Part shown: in pieces, positions 36,201-47,965 of the stretch
Layout of the letters: every line of letters begins with the position of its first letter
How positions within the stretch are numbered: position 1 is the first letter of the stretch
Origin: Dudresnaya verticillata
Lineage: Eukaryota
NCBI GenBank assembly: GCA_977862235.1
Contig: OZ374562.1
Coordinates: forward strand, 2,728,001-2,792,000
DNA length: 64,000 nucleotides
Reading direction: 5' to 3'
Position numbers and translations under genes: made by a program
Notes under the pieces: model-generated
What the model was told of the DNA's origin: nothing
Database searches by the model: none
What the model saw: only the letters and a program-made list of their open reading frames with translations

Positions 36201-37941
36201 CGTGACGGAAGTGCGTCTCCACGTCCTTGGAAAATATAATAACGTTGTCCAAATAGACGAGGCACGAGCGCCACTTATACCCGGCGAGTAATATGTCGAG
36301 AGTTCGTTGGAACGTGGCCGGGGCGTTGGTCAATCCGAAAGGCATACGCTTATAGCGGAAGAGACCGGCGTGGCACGTGAAGGCTGTCTTGTCGCGATCC
36401 CGCGGAGCAATCGGCACTTGCCAGTATCCGCTATTACAGTCTAGGGTGGTGAAGACGTTGGCATCACCTAGGCTGTCGATTCACTCGTCAATCCGTGGTA
36501 ACGGGTACGTATCCCGCACGGTTACTGCGTTCAGTCGACGATAATCAACACAAAAGCGAAGAGTACCGTCCTTCTTCGGGGCGAAGACGACTGGCGACGC
36601 CCAAGGCGATTGTGCGGGTTCGATAACCCCTTGACGCAACATGCGATCGACCTCCGCTTGAGCGAGCTGTCGTTGTTTCGGACCAGCGCGATACGGCGGT
36701 GAAGAGATCGGGCGGGAGCCGGGGAGTAAGTCGATGTAATGCTCCGTGGTCGCTATCTCTCCTAGTGAACCGTCCCACATTGACGAATAGCGGCGCAGCA
36801 TCTCCTTCAACCGGCCCTGATGCTCAGCGGACAGGTGAGTCAAGTCCAAATCGTCAACTGACGGAGGCTTGGCGAGCGTCGCTTCGATAGACTTAGCGAA
36901 AGTATCCGGCTTTGCCGCGACTCCATCGTTCGTTTTAAAACGAAAGTCTTGCTTGGCTTCCTCGTCCTGTGCTTGGTCTTCGGCGATACCCAATACATCG
37001 GCCAGACTTATGTGTCTGGGGAACACTGCTGTTGGATGTGGTAACGCCATGGCAACGACTTGCCCTTTTGCGAGCGATTGTGCCTGAGGCGAGAAGTTGG
37101 CCACCAGGATGCGGAACGCTTTGAGCGGCTCCACCTGGGCAATACCATTCGTAACGAGCATGCCTTGCCGATCATACATCGTTCCGAACGGCTGGATCGT
37201 AATCACTCCGGAACGTTCCGTGGTAACAGAGACCCACTTCTGCGCCTGAGGCGGGATGATGGTACGTTCGGTTGAACGAATCTTGGGCGAAGTACTTCCT
37301 CTGGCTTGGCCGTACTCTTGCTCCGGTGGTAACGGCGGGTACGACGGCGGTCGGCGAAGCGGACGGCGTGTGATCGGGACTCGGGTCCCGTCGTCCAATT
37401 CTACCTCGCGACTTCGCGGATATATCGCTTCGACAAAGCGGTCGCAAAAGTCGCAACCGAGTATGACCGTCGCAGCGAGCCGTTCACATACGATTAATTC
37501 CAATTTTAACGACCCGTCGTCCGAGACGTACGACCAAATCGATGGTTCCGCGCGTCTGTATTGCCTTATTGTTGGCATCGGAAATAACGGGCAGGCTCTT
37601 GGCGACAATATGCGAGTGCGCTTCTAGCGGGATCTCGTTAATACGGATGAAGTTAGGACCAGCCCCGGTGTCGAGGACAGTAAGTTTGCGGGCCAAGGTA
37701 TTGGTGGTGGTGCCAAGGTCGGCGTACACCTTGTAATTTCGCTTGTCCATTACGAACAACTGTCCTCGCCCCTTCGGGGGCTGGTACCTACGCCATGGGC
37801 GTTTCAGTGACGTCTGCGACGGTTCTATTCACCCTTCGGCGTCTTCCTTAAGGGGATTCGGGCCCTCCTTCCGTGTCAACACCCGAGGCGGGGGCCTCTC
37901 GTTTGGGTGTGACACCCCAGTGTCAGGAGTCGGTGCCCGGA
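33245..37941 (-). pseudogene. pol: Pol of D (PR-RT-RH-IN-chromodomain), frameshifts and stops
   Basis: VLDTGA, YLDN (mutated YLDD), HPGG..CVTC, QPQCNGQVER, GPY, EYVINRI..YFVKWFGY..NTWEP. Confidence 0.92.
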
Positions 37942-40500
37942 TTAGTTTTTCGCCTCCGGCGGTGGTTGTGCTATGTAGCGGTTTAGCATCGTCGGATGGC
38001 GTTCGGCTGCACGCGGGGCAAGTCCCGCCCTTGGCGATGATGAACGCGCGGCGCGACGGGTTGCTTCCTTCGTGGCTTGTTCCTTACAACGGTGGTACGC
38101 ATCAGCGGGTACTCCGTTCCTCTCAGTTTCCGTCAGGCCCTCGTAGTTGGCGACGACCTTCATGAAGTCACTCATTCGCAAAAAGCATTCCGGCGCAATG
38201 TGGCCGCGCGCATAGCACTGATGGCAAATGAGTTGGCGCCTTACGTCTTGACGAGGAGGCCCTCGGTCCTGCCATCCGGGCCTTGCGCGGTGAACATGCG
38301 GGGCGTATTCGGAATATGGTACGCGCGGCGCGGGTACGTTTGGGCGCCCAAAGGCGAGGGCGGGGTCCATATCTTCTTCGTCTTCGACGTAACTGTCTGT
38401 CGGCAATGCCGAAGTTGGTATCGAGAGTTGTTCGTCGGCTAGGTACAAGTCGCCCTCGGCGTGCGTTTCGACATCGTCGTCGCGGTGGCTAACGTCTCGG
38501 AATTCGACGGACGACTCCGCGAGCATGGCGCGTGCCGCTGGCTTTGGACTCTTCGTCGGTTGACGGTTGACCGCGACAGCGGGTCGTACGGTGCGAGCGA
38601 CTTGTGCCGGCATCGATATATCTTGTCGGCCCGAACTCTGTCCGGCCCTGCCGTGTCGTGCGCGATGCGCGTCGCCTTCGTCTTGCGCGAAGTGCACCAA
38701 TCGTTCGAACGATAGCTCCGCCCTTGGCATCTCTTCGCGGAAGCGGGCAACCAGCGATCGTATCGACGGGTCAAGTCCGTCGATGAATAGGGTCATCTTC
38801 TCCCAGTCAGGGTACACGTTACCGCAACGGATGCACGCTCCAGCGAGTCGCATGCCGTAGGCAGTTTCATCTTCGGACCGCTTCTGCGCCGTTGAGCGTA
38901 ACGCCAGTACGGCGGATCAAATCGCCGAAGGCGCTGCGTACGTACGCAGGAGGTATTGTACCGCCTCCGGGTATGAAGAGACCCCGCCTCGATGGCGTAT
39001 TGACGTCGACTTGACGGATCGGAACTGCGTTGACGCCGTGGCTCGTAGGAAGTATGGCAGCGCTACGAACGCTTGAGCTTCGCTCATTTCTAGCGTATCG
39101 GCCTCGTCCGCGAAACGCGTAAGGAACTCAAGGATTAGGACCGGGTCGTCGCCCGTGAAGGCGGCGTCCTTCATCGTCAACTCTAGACGTTTGATGTGGT
39201 CCTTGACCTTCCCTGTTTCACGTCCGGAACGTTTTTGCCCGACGTCTGTTAGACGGTAAGTACGATACGACAAGAGTCGATCGAAGAGGGGGTTGGAGGG
39301 GCGTAGCTCCTTCAATCCCTTGAACCGTTTGCCGCGTGGCCTTACGGCCCCGCCGTGGGTTGGATATTCTTCGTCATCCGTTGAAGTCCCTGACGACTCT
39401 CCGTCACTTGACGAGTCGGAGGAAGAGGAGGAATCTCCGTGGCGTCGTCGACGGTTCTTCTTTCGCTCGTGGCGTTTCTTTCGTTGGTCGCGGTGCTTGC
39501 GGCCATTTCGGCGACGACGACCTTCGTCGTCGCTTTCGTCCTCAGACGATAGTGGTTGTCCTTGACGCAACTTAGCGGTTTCTAATCGTTCCAAACGAGT
39601 CGCCAGGCGATTGAAACGCTCGTGCGAACCCAGTTCGGACTGCGAGTTGATCGTTACTGTAGCGGGTTGCTTGGCGTTGGTACCCGGGTTCGTCATCAGA
39701 CGGTCAAGGTCAGTTCGTAAACCCTGTAGGGCTCCGTCTCGACCTTCCTCTAACGTCTGTAGACGGCTGCAGATTCCCCCGACACTGTTGTCGAGCATTT
39801 CCGCGAATCGCGCTAACAACGCATCGTCCTCTATGACGCAGACTTCTCGAATGCGGTCGCGGGGAATCGTGAGATTACCCACGCGGGCGGACGCAGGAGA
39901 CGCCGCGGGCGAAGGTCGTGTTGGACTTTGTCCCGCCGGGCTTCGCCGCACCGGTGACGACCCTGCGTTGCCACTTTGACCGGACGGCTTTGCCGGAGAA
40001 CATTCGACACTGCCGTGAGGTGTGGGACAACAGTCCCTCGCCGCGGGGGAATCGTTGACGACGTCCAAAGGCGCTAAACGGCTTCCGTCGTCCTCGACGT
40101 TTTCGGTTGGTAGTTGTTGTTGTGACTGTGAAGCCGGGGTTGGTTGTTGTTGTTCCTCGGCAAGGCCGGCTTGTGTTCCGTCTACGACGCGTTGCTGCTC
40201 CGCCTGGACGGTGTCTGCGGAGTCAACATACGTGTGGTAGGTACGGAGGGCGGAGCCTTCCGGGACTGAAGTACGAACGACGATCGGATTCGGCGGGGGA
40301 GCAGGTTCTCCCCTGTTCAGCGAAGCGTGTGACACGTCATGGTCCGGCGGTGCCGTAAAGGCTGAGGCAATCTCCGGGCTGACGTGTCGACCAGATCGCG
40401 TCGTCATGGGTTGGGCCGGTCCCGACGGTGGCATTGCGCCGGGCGTCGAAGACGGGCGTCGGGAGGATCCACGCGATAACGGTGGTCGCGGTGGACCCAT
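37942..40500 (-). pseudogene. gag: Gag of D (frameshift near 38900)
   Basis: LLSYRTYRL, FTGDDP, YLLRTYA, CHQCYARGHIAPEC, ends KN*. Confidence 0.88.
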
Positions 40501-40606
40501 ATTTGTTTCGAAGAGGTAGGCGAACGTCGTGAACGATGGGCAGAACGTCAGGGTGACGGTTAAGCGATCGTCTCACAGACGTTAAAGTTCGTAGATACGT
40601 AGCAGC

Positions 40607-40624
40607 TTCTAGGTCGGGAGACCA
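40607..40624 (-). promoter_or_regulatory. PBS of D (same 18-mer as B and C)
   Basis: TTCTAGGTCGGGAGACCA on +, 2 nt from the LTR terminus. Confidence 0.85.
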
Positions 40625-40626
40625 GT

Positions 40627-41461
40627 TGTCGTGCAAACGTCGTGCTGAAGACGGAGAACACCTCCGGGCCGTTCGGGAGCCCGGTGGGTAGCCGCTAATA
40701 GCGAACTTGGTAGAGCAGGTTGAACACGCCTAGGGCGGACTGTAAACACCCAGAGCGAGCGGATAAAGGGGCAAAGAAACCCAAAAGGAAACACGTTAAC
40801 AACGGTTAGGAACGTGGAAACACGGATAGGTAGACGCTTATGCTTCCGGGCAGCGTTAGGGTGCGTGCTGTCGCGGAAGGGAAGTCTAGACCCAAACCGG
40901 CTTGCCGGGGCTTTACTGTTACGTCCTAGACGGGGTAGCTAAGTAATGCTATGGAGCCGCGGCGCGGCGGCTGCATGACGTAGTGCGCGGGAACCCGGGA
41001 CGCGTGTCGCGTGGGCGTGCGTCTGACACGTCCCGGGACAATGCAGCCGCCGTGCGCCGGCGCGTACGTCTTACAGAGGCGTACTCATCCGGTGCTGTAG
41101 GCGATCCGGATTCGGATCGCGATTGGCACCGTATTACAAGTGTATTTCCCTTACAGCGGATCCCGATGTTCGATCTGGATGTAGGATCCGGATTCGATCG
41201 GGATCCGGGCCAGCCTGACAGTCAATTCCCTTACACCTCGTTAATCCCGATGCATCATCCAGATCCGCTCTGCTGCGTCGCGCCGTACAGTGCGTCGGGC
41301 GTGCGTGGCGCTGCATTGTGGCACCCGCGCGTCTGTAACCAATCGTCGATGACGTGTTCTCGCCAACGGCGATTGAGCCGTTCCAGGCGACCGCCCGTCG
41401 GTCGACGAGGTTATCGGCGTCCATGGCGAGGAAATAAAAGCCCGGGCCCCCGTGCGCCACA
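40627..41461 (-). repeat. 5' LTR of D (only copy in the window)
   Basis: TGTCGTG...GCGCCACA, lying between the PBS and the resumption of B gag; CCACA end as in the B and C LTRs. Confidence 0.75.
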
Positions 41462-41756
41462 TAGGGTCCGGACCCTCATTCGCACCGATATTGGCGGTGC
41501 TTGCGGCTGCAGTCCGGACCGTATTTTCTCCTTCAGGGATCTGTCCCTTTCCATGGGCAGACGGGTCTTCGTCTCCTGGTGCGCCCGCCATTCGGGGCAG
41601 GCGTTCCACTTCTCCTACTGTAGGACCTCGAGCCAAACCGGCTATTACAGCACGGGTTCTTGCTCCCGTGGTCCTCACGGAGGATAAGCTGCCGGTACGG
41701 CTACCAAACCGGCTTGTTAACCCTGGGCGGGTGGTCTTACCGTTAGATGTCGGCAT
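41462..41756 (-). pseudogene. gag: N-terminus of B gag
   Basis: MPTSNGKTTRPGL..SLSSVR is homologous to C MPTSNGDTTRPSL..SLSSVR. Confidence 0.8.
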
Positions 41757-42244
41757 CTTCTAAACGGGGTTGTTATCGACAACCTTAAAACGTAGGATTC
41801 GGTCCTGTGGTTGCACTAATCGGGGAACGTCTCCCTAGGATGGCAAACTTCTCAGAACCGTAGTTCTCGGGGTTACGGGCGATTCTGTCCGCGTGGAACT
41901 CCCAGCGCGCGCGCCCGCACAGACCGTATACAGACGTGTTTTTGATGACAGGTGTCACGATAACCTGCAGGAAGAGTTACTCGAAGGGGCGTCATTCCAC
42001 GACCAGCATCTTGTTCCTTGTACACGATTAAAAACCGCAGAAGCGGTGGCAGTTGCTTGCCTCGAATTTGACGCAACTTCTAAGCTTGATATGAAGCTGA
42101 GAAACCGTCGACACTTGGCCGACTAGGATTTCACCCTCAGGAAGTAGTTCCTTAAATTCTTACACGGGGAATTCTCGTCCCGTGGGAAGGTCCGAACGAC
42201 GACTTGCGGATGAGGTAGTAAAAAGGGGCCGACCCTGAAAACGA

Positions 42245-42262
42245 TTCTAGGTCGGGAGACCA
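42245..42262 (-). promoter_or_regulatory. PBS of B
   Basis: TTCTAGGTCGGGAGACCA, 1 nt from the LTR. Confidence 0.85.
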
Positions 42263-42263
42263 C

Positions 42264-42897
42264 TGTAGTAGTATGGCCCGTCAAGGCAGAAACCCGCCAA
42301 CCGGCAAGGACAGCTGTTCTGACGGTGCACAACACACTAGCTTGTGTAGCTCGGGAAAAGGTTGGTAGAGACTTTGAAAGGCACAGAGCCTAAGGGAAAA
42401 GGGGAAAAGGGGCGGCGCCACCCAGCTCGCACAGAGCAACCGTCGTGTGGAGCCAAGGCTCGTAAAGCACCTGAAAGGGAGGTTACGGTGGGTCCGTGAA
42501 TTCCAGAAAAAGGGTAAAGACCCGAAACCCACCGTAGGTTCTATTCAGGGGGCCCCTGCTACTCAGGGGCCTATTAAGTATACAGAGCCGAAAATGCTCT
42601 TACCTCCTATGAGCTATTCTAAGCTATTCTAACTGTCATTATTAATCTAATTGTCCTGTTGTCAGTTATAATTACGGATTAGTGGTAGTACCGCGTCGGG
42701 ACGCTTGAGCGGCCACAATAAATTACCCAATGGCAATTTGCCATCATTTTGGGTGCCAGCAGGGACGCCAGCGAGGCGCATCGCCCTTACAGCGCACGGT
42801 GCTTGTGCGCGCCTTACAGCTTGATGCGCGTGGGCGTCTTACACCTTAATGCGCACAAATGACTTACAGTGCGCCAGCACTTCTGCTGCGGCTCATT
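42264..42897 (-). repeat. 5' LTR of B, lacking its terminal ~8 bp
   Basis: Matches 7099-7733, then diverges (ATAACCG instead of CTTCCACA). Confidence 0.9.
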
Positions 42898-42929
42898 ATA
42901 ACCGTCACAAAAATAAAATTAAGGACGTA

Positions 42930-42958
42930 AAACAAACAAACAAACAAACAAACAAAAA
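42930..42958. repeat. (CAAA)n microsatellite
   Basis: Direct inspection. Confidence 0.85.
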
Positions 42959-43212
42959 AACAACGACAAGCACGGCGACCACAGCACCCCCGGTCCACTG
43001 GACAGTCCACCAGGGTCTCGCGAACTGGTCCAGTCCGCGTCTGCAGGTCCCGGTCCAAATGGAATTTCTCCCCGTCCGTCGCGCCCCGCCGTCGCGACCC
43101 GTCCAATGCATCCCCTCCGCCGCGCGCGCGCGCCTCCCCATGCCACCACCGCCGCCAGCCCACGCCCACCCACCGCGGCGCTCGCGCGCGCAGCACTGTC
43201 GACGCGGCGCCG

Positions 43213-43213
<1 letters not shown>

Positions 43214-43242
<29 letters not shown>
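43214..43242. repeat. (GCC)n microsatellite
   Basis: Direct inspection. Confidence 0.85.
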
Positions 43243-43243
<1 letters not shown>

Positions 43244-43438
43244 GCCGACATAGCCGCCGCCACATAGCCCCCGGCGCGGCGCGCACGCGCGGCCCGCGCC
43301 GCGGCTATAGCCGCGCTTGCATGCGGCTGCGCGCCGCACCGCGTGGTGTACAAGTTCGTCCCGGCGCACGCTCGCGAGCGCGCCTGCGCGCTGACTCGAG
43401 AGACCGCCGCGGCGAGCGCCGTATCGCCCTGCGCGCTC

Positions 43439-43762
43439 ATGCGACCGCGCAACTGTGCCGCGCCCGCCGTGGCGCTGCTGCTTGTTGCTTGCTCACTTGG
43501 CGCTGTCGCTGCTGCTGGTGCCATTCGTACTGCTGGTGATGGCGCTGTGGCTGAGGGTTGGTGGTGGGGTGCTATCGATGGCGTCATGAGAAAGAAAGCC
43601 CCGAATGGTGGTGGAGCGCCAGGGGGAAAGATGGCGCAGGGGAAGGGAAACCCGGTTGGGAAGAAGCCCGCACCGCCGAAGAAACAGCAGCCTAAGAAAC
43701 AGCCCGGGAAGAAGCCTCCACCAAAGAAACAGACGGGGAAGAACTCCCCACCACGGCCGTCG
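43439..43762 (+). pseudogene. 5' fragment of a secreted Lys/Pro-rich protein gene, in frame with the egh-like fragment
   Basis: MRPRNCAAPAVALLLVACSLGAVAAAG signal-peptide-like; PKKQ/PGKK repeats. Confidence 0.5.
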
Positions 43763-44812
43763 TTCGTAATGTACAAAGCAAGGGCTCTCAACTATGCAAT
43801 AGAAGCATCTCCAGCAAGATCAATGGATTGGATTGTACACATTTAGACGAAGAAACACGCTTTGATTCGGATACAATATGGGCGATTTTGCAGCACTGTG
43901 GCAGGGAAACATACTTGATGAGGGTTACAAAATCACAGCAATGGCCACGAATAGGGCAAGGGCCGATTCTTTACGATTCTTTATGGACGTGCCCTAACAG
44001 ATAGATCTGTTGCTGGGGGCGACTTAGGAACTGGAAACTGGTTGACCACGCTCGCGGATTCGGGCCGAGTCTCCGACGACTGCGGGCGTTATCGGATACA
44101 GTATGAGTGTGGCGAGGTATGGGTTGGCATGCACGGATCGTTCGTGATTGCCGCGAATTGCGTGGAGCAGGAGGTGACGTTTGACCATGGGGTGGACGGA
44201 AGTATAGCGGAGGACGCGTTTTTCGCACTATTGGCTCGCGCGAAAAACGTGCAGTTTGCTTGGATTGATGCATTAATGTTCGAGCAAAGCCCGTTCACGG
44301 TGCAGGACTTTGTTAAGCAACGAGCACGATGGCTTGTTGGTGGGTTACGAGTTGTCTCTAGCAAACAAATCCCATTGCGCCTCCCGTTTCTCATGAAGAT
44401 GCTGACAGGGTTGTGGGCTCTGATGCCGCTGACATACACGGCACTGATCGTATCGATGCTCTTCGGAAGTGGGGAGGGGCAAAACTCCGCCGGAAACTGC
44501 TACTACTTTCATGTGCTACTGCCACTCTTGGCCGCGGTATCGCTCTGGAACTACATATATGGATTCTTCGTGACGTTTTCGATCTGCAGTCTCGGACCGA
44601 TCCGGTTCACAACATTGCTCTAACTACAGCTGGTGCTGTCGAAAGTTTTCGGTGTGATGGAGGTGGCAGCGGTATCGTACGCGCTGGTGAACTTTCGCAA
44701 AATATCTGGCACGTTCCACGTGGTGGAGAAGGACTGTCCACCGAGTGGGACGTCTCCCTCGCGAAGAGACAGCACGGGAATTGCAGGAGAGAAGACGCGA
44801 CTGCTGCCATGA
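43763..44812 (+). pseudogene. egh: Egghead-like beta-1,4-mannosyltransferase (GT2) C-terminal part, pseudogenised
   Basis: YKARAL, DWIVH-LDEET (frameshift ~43842), IGQGPILY, TTLADSGRVSDD, HGSFV, GSIAED, EQSPFT..QRARW, FHVVEK; in-frame TAA at 44621. Confidence 0.8.
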
Positions 44813-46229
44813 GGGCTTTCTGTCGTCGCGCTTGTAAACACAAAACAAAAGTCAAAGCATCATCCGAGACGTTGGGGATATGCAACCATCTCGAGGAGAA
44901 GAACCATTTCCCCGCTTGCTTCAAGGCTTGCACATAACAAACTCCTGCGCACGTGTAAGTGTCGACTCGTCACAGTCGCAGCCACGCCCGCCGTATCGCC
45001 AGTCGAACCAAGACGCTGTGAGCCAGACAAGTTCGAACGTACGGCAGCGAACGCATCGCCGAGACCCCCGCAGTAGCAGCATCGCCATCGCAACGACGGC
45101 CCTCCAAGGCACGCTAGCTCACGAGGCCCCTACACTCTGCCACTGGAGTATGCGCGCATAACACACATGTTGCAGCCGCATCACCTCCATCATTGAGACC
45201 ATGAAATTATCAAGCATTGAGGTGAATTTATACCTTCAGAAGGTACAGAGATGTCGCTGTACGCCGGGAGATACAAACTGGTTTTAAGTTGTTTCAGCAC
45301 CTGCCCCTTTCGAGACATGGGTTGAACCCGCGCGCGTACGGGTACGAGCCTGCAAGCCGTTTTGCAGTTGTTGGACTTTTGCTTCTCGTTCCAGCACTTA
45401 AGCCGTCGTGTGTGACTGCTTTGAGATGTTCCTACTCTCACCGCTGCGTTTTCCCAGTCCTTGTCTCACAGGTCTGGTCCAGAGCTGCCCCAATTGGACC
45501 ATTGGGCTGGTTGCGAGGGCAGCGTGCGGGGCTCCATGGGCCATCTGCTGGACTCCGCTGGATTGGTGGGTGGGGCGCTCCTAACATGAAATAAAACGAC
45601 GGATATGGCATCCATAAAAGGCAAGACATGTTGTGCGGGCTTTGGTGTCTATTGCGTCGGGTCGTGCGGTTGCGGCGGTGGGGGGAGCGGAGGCAGTGCG
45701 TGGTGCCAGCTGCTGGCTCAGGGCCGCTCGCGTCTGCGACGACACAGACGCGGGTGGCTTGGCCGTAGATGCGCGTGGTAGCTTGCCTGGTTCGACGGCG
45801 AACGGGGTTACTAGCATGGCTGGCATGTTGAGGTCAACTTCGCAAGCGCGGGCGCCGCCAGCTCCCGCTTTACGTCGTGTGCAGACGTCGGCTACTAGAC
45901 GAGGGCATGCCGACGCCTGGGTTCCTTTGCAGATTTCCAGTTGGCAACATCGGCGGCGGTGGAGGTATACTCGCCCCTGGTCCGGTACCAACTGGATAGG
46001 TCGAGTCGTGATGGGCAGGCCCCGTACCGTCTCCCATTTCCTGTGGGATCATATTGTTGTTTTCCATGACTTGTGCTGAGTATCCATGGGGCTGCTGCGC
46101 TGCGGTTTGGTTGGGAGGTGGGATGGCGTTGGTGGAAGCGCCTCCACCATCCTGAGGGGGAAGGGGATGGGGATGGGGATGTGGACGCGGATGCGGACGG
46201 GGAGGGCGATTGTCTGTATATGAGCATTG

Positions 46230-46690
46230 CTAATAAAAGAAGCAGAAGTCCCTGAAGACGGGGTATCTCGAGCAGTACCTTTTCCTTCGGGAACGCGAGC
46301 GTGACGTGCGCAGTGTTCTTCTCGCTGGCCCTGAGCTTTGCAATCTCCTTCGTCTCGCCCATTCCGATGACGAGCGCGTGTAGGAGGAACTACATCCCCT
46401 GCAACAACTGTAGCCGGTGCTGCCATCCGGAAGCTCGCACGACGCCAGCCCGCACAGCGACTTGTACCGGCGGCACTCGTGCTTCGCAATTCTTCTTTTC
46501 ACGCACTCGCGGGCACGGGCACGCGTTGGGCCGCAGGGATTGGCGCGTGGGCGGGGTGGCAAAGTCCGACGGCTTCCATTTTCGGACTGTTTTGTGGTGC
46601 GTGCTGGTCTGCGCTTCTGTTGATGGGAGCAGGACCACGGCCAGGACCAGGGCAAGGAGAAACGCCAGGGAGAAGGGTTTGCACTTTTTT
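46230..46690 (-). pseudogene. Decayed gene for a small secreted Cys-rich protein
   Basis: Hydrophobic AFLLALVLAVVLLP, then CPC and (other frame) ECRRYKSLCGLASC..GYSCCRGC; no clear ATG. Confidence 0.35.
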
Positions 46691-47965
46691 GTGTGGTGAT
46701 TTTCTCAGAGGGTGGGCTGCTGTGACTTTGCATTACTAGGCTCTTGAACGGGTATATACATAGCTGTGACGATTGCGATAGGAATATGCGCGCGGTATCA
46801 TAGTTGTTTTGTAGCTGCACGCAAGAAACGGGGGAGATACGCGTCGTTGCGGGGAAGATAGGGGCTGGTGTATCGTATTTGTAGGATGTACTGTATGTAA
46901 GAGAGGTGGTATATTGTTGTTCATGGGAATAGAACAGGGCGGTTTGTTGCTCGAGATGATTGGTAGGTAGTTAATTGAATAGTGAGTTGCGACGCGGTAG
47001 CGTGCGTTGCAGCATTGCGGCGGTTGGCGCGGGAAGTTGAGGTTGTATAGCATTGTAGCAAAAGTGTATAGGGGTTATAAGAAAATAGGTCCAGCGCCAG
47101 GGTACTCTTCGACATGAATCGGTCTTTATCGCTCTGTTCCCGGGCGGAGTTTAGTGCCTTGTTGATATTCAAATCGTTTCGCAACAAGTGCTTGTTATTA
47201 TAATTACCATAATAGTGGTCAGGTACAGCTTTTCTCTCTGGTAAAGCATGCGATGTATAAGCAGTACGGATCGCTGCACTTGCCAACCTGCGGCTTGAAA
47301 ATGGCGGGGTGAGCCACACAATGATATTGAGATTGCGAAACGAATATGCTCCGTATTACTTGCACAACTGCGGCTCTTATATCGTGGGTAATGTCAACAT
47401 GCTCATCTCGCCACGACGTCGTGCTCTTCCCAAACTACCTCGGAACTGGTTCGAGCACAAGTGGCGGAAACGAATACTATTGCACCACCCATCCGGACCA
47501 AGCCAGCATACTGCCGGCTAAATTGTGCATCGGAGCACATTCGTCTGTCTAACATCACATTCATCTCCCTGAACCGAGCACAAATTCAACAGCTTTGCTT
47601 TAACCTTTCTGAGGTCCAAGCAGCTTTGCACTTTTCACAGGCCAAGTAGCTTATGGGCTCTCTCGTTGTATTACAGTTTCAAGCAGGCCAGCGTAGTGTA
47701 GAACACTCAGCTCCATGCCGCATGTTGCACCTATGCTGCATGTTGCAACTCATTGCGTGTATGGATCGCGTTTCCGACCCCAGCAACAAATCCACCAACA
47801 TGCCGTGGCCTTGCACTTCTTGGACCAGTGTGCTGGCCCATATTCCTATGCTCCCGATATCTATGTTTTAGTTATGTTCCATTTCTAGAAAGCAATTAAA
47901 GCCCATTTCATCTGCTTTAGAAAAGGTAGCCTGTCTCCCCTGTCTCTTGCATTGCGGGAAATTCG

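Larger units (their letters stand above)
31368..41461 (-). mobile_element. Ty3/Gypsy chromovirus-like element 'D', 3' LTR missing, nested in B gag (left boundary approximate)
   Basis: LTR 40627-41461, PBS 40607-40624, gag-pol 33245-40500; B gag N-terminus resumes at 41462. Confidence 0.88.
7099..42897 (-). mobile_element. Ty3/Gypsy chromovirus-like element 'B' with antisense ORF; hosts nested elements C and D
   Basis: LTR pair 7099-7741 / 42264-42897, PBS 42245-42262, PPT 7742-7751; gag pieces at 41462-41756, 31313-~31367 and 16547-18667 are collinear with C gag. Confidence 0.92.

Noticed and set aside
12063..40358. Many short + strand ORFs overlapping gag-pol of B, C and D
   Set aside because: Antisense shadows of GC-rich coding DNA, without the independent conservation seen in the true antisense genes
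42864..43791. Long minus-strand ORFs in the GC-rich stretch
   Set aside because: Low-complexity shadows of GC/GCC-rich DNA and of the + strand Lys/Pro ORF
46921..47319. 132-aa minus-strand ORF
   Set aside because: Partly protein-like but no identifiable motif or ATG start; cannot be supported
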